From a virus (Duplodnaviria; Caudoviricetes): DNA of 56,191 nucleotides. The position numbers and the translations under genes were made by a program. Within the stretch, counting starts at the first letter, position 1. Each line of letters begins with the position of its first letter. The notes under the pieces were generated by a model. The model was not told the DNA's origin. It worked only from the letters and a program-made list of their open reading frames with translations, and did no database searches. This document shows positions 54,962-56,191 of this stretch, piece after piece. Location of the stretch: IMG/VR virus record IMGVR_UViG_3300027608_000002, positions 1-56,191 of that record; one strand, given 5' to 3'.

Positions 54962-55177
54962 TTATAATTCCCTCTTTTTATTGCCATCAACCAAATCTTT
55001 GGCCTCTTCAAGAAATTCAAGTGCTGCCGCCAGACCATGAACTTTGCCAATTGCGCGTTGGTAATCTTCAAAAGACACCGCGGAACCAGTTGCAATATTG
55101 TCTTTCAATCTTTCGTATTCCTCTTTTATAAGTTTTTTAAACTCATGTTGGAATTGACCAGTTGATGTAATAATCAT
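54962..55177 (-). CDS. Small helical protein upstream of GroES
   Basis: G....FEDY....G...GL..A. Confidence 0.7.
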   Translation of the reverse strand: MIITSTGQFQHEFKKLIKEEYERLKDNIATGSAVSFEDYQRAIGKVHGLAAALEFLEEAKDLVDGNKKREL

Positions 55178-55285
55178 CCAGACCCCTCTGGTTTATGAAA
55201 TTCCCCTCTGTTTTATTCAGGATCGGGTGCCCAGAGGGGATGAAGCACCCGACCCTTCTTTACCTAAACGTGGGAGGACGCTCAG
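55178..55285 (-). promoter_or_regulatory. Structured leader / candidate SD-sequestering pseudoknot
   Basis: 11-bp stem 55220-55255 whose loop is complementary to CAGAGGGG at 55202-55210 and at 55183-55191 (the SD). Confidence 0.6.
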
Positions 55286-55290
55286 ATAAA

Positions 55291-56191
55291 TTAGTTGCCG
55301 CCGTAAGCCTTGATCTTTTCCTTGCGGCCAAGACCGCCACCCGCGGCATGATCGATCACATGAATAGTGCGACCACCGTTTTTGCGAGGCATTATACCTG
55401 GAGGCGGCATTGGAGGACCACCCGCGCCTGGAGGCATCATGCCTGGAGGTGGCATAGGAGGCATAGGAGGCCCACCTTCAGGCATAGGAGGCGTTCTTGG
55501 AGACATTGGAGCTGGCACAGGAGCGTTTGGCATCATGCCGCCTCCCGCGGGAGCACCATGCGCACCAATGATAATATTGATGTGCGTCTTGCCCTTACCC
55601 TTGCTCTTTGTCCTACCGCCCTTGGCGTGAGCCTCACGGCCACCAACAACGCCAGGTATCTTGGTCGTTGAGTTGCCTGAGAATACGCCGCCGCCACCGT
55701 ATTTCATGGTACGACCGCCACGGTTCTTGTTGACGAACTCGTTTGCGGTATCGTTCGCTTCATCCATGTCGCTTGCAAAGTAATCGGCTTTCTCAAGATG
55801 CTTGCCGTCCTGATAATGCCTGACACGGTATTCATTGTAATCCATATCCTTGTAAATCTTTGAAGATTTAGCGGGATTTGAACCAGTAACCGTTTTCTTC
55901 AAACGAAGAAGAGGCTTTTCAAAAGCAGAATCATCATTAGAGCGACCGCCTTTGGCATAAGCCGAGCCGCCTTTTTTCATTGTGCGACCGCCACGGTTCT
56001 CATCATTTCCTATAGTAACTGGAGAACGAAGCAAACGTGACGATGGATGCGGACTGTTTTCTGTTCTATCACCCATACGATCCACTCCGGTGTAACCAGT
56101 ACGTTGGGCTGTTTCATCAGCGCGTCTTTCAGCATTATTTTTCAGACGCATAGCACGGTCAAATAAAGCAGTTTGAATACGCAAATCCGCA
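55291..56191 (-). CDS. 3' part of the 711-aa xxGG-repeat protein (Pro/Met-rich C-terminus)
   Basis: ORF track 55291..56184 is the in-frame continuation of 1362->1. Confidence 0.9.
   Translation of the reverse strand, partial: ADLRIQTALFDRAMRLKNNAERRADETAQRTGYTGVDRMGDRTENSPHPSSRLLRSPVTIGNDENRGGRTMKKGGSAYAKGGRSNDDSAFEKPLLRLKKTVTGSNPAKSSKIYKDMDYNEYRVRHYQDGKHLEKADYFASDMDEANDTANEFVNKNRGGRTMKYGGGGVFSGNSTTKIPGVVGGREAHAKGGRTKSKGKGKTHINIIIGAHGAPAGGGMMPNAPVPAPMSPRTPPMPEGGPPMPPMPPPGMMPPGAGGPPMPPPGIMPRKNGGRTIHVIDHAAGGGLGRKEKIKAYGGN
56065..56191. repeat. 127-bp terminal direct repeat, copy 2
   Basis: Identical to 1-127. Confidence 0.97.

Noticed and set aside
56065-56191. Biological direct terminal repeat
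   Set aside because: 127 bp equals a common assembler k-mer and the repeat falls in the middle of a gene; best read as a circular overlap.

Overview
The window is a complete, circularly closed ~56.06 kb tailed-phage genome: bases 1-127 are repeated exactly at 56065-56191, most likely an assembly overlap. It looks podovirus-like, with no tape measure gene and a P22/T7-like adaptor, nozzle and ejection set. I see no integrase, DNA polymerase or tRNA. Two transcription arms diverge at about 18.4 kb and converge at about 30.06 kb. The + arm (18.5-30.06 kb) carries a Sak4-like ATPase, SSB, Mom-like modifier, Cas4-like nuclease, SF2 helicase, VRR-NUC and many small genes. The - arm carries a primase-helicase, early cassettes, terminase, portal, two giant polyvalent proteins and a 711-aa gene spanning the contig join. 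It continues with GroES, scaffold, capsid, tail, lysis and ejection genes. The most striking feature is a short [K/A/R]-x-G-G motif, often as a tandem pair. It recurs dozens of times in seven late-region proteins and repeatedly sits at the boundaries between cargo domains (ADP-ribosyltransferase-like, HhH-like, transglycosylase, micro-domains). A small protein with a duplicated 'G[ES]YVI' domain is a candidate reader or processor, which suggests a polyprotein-processing or capsid-loading system (inference). Other notable items are two structured 5' leaders, a GANTC-rich iteron cluster, three copies of a -7T-less early promoter (hinting at an alphaproteobacterial host) and an 18-nt gene-junction repeat. 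All family assignments come from motif recognition by eye; no database searches were run.
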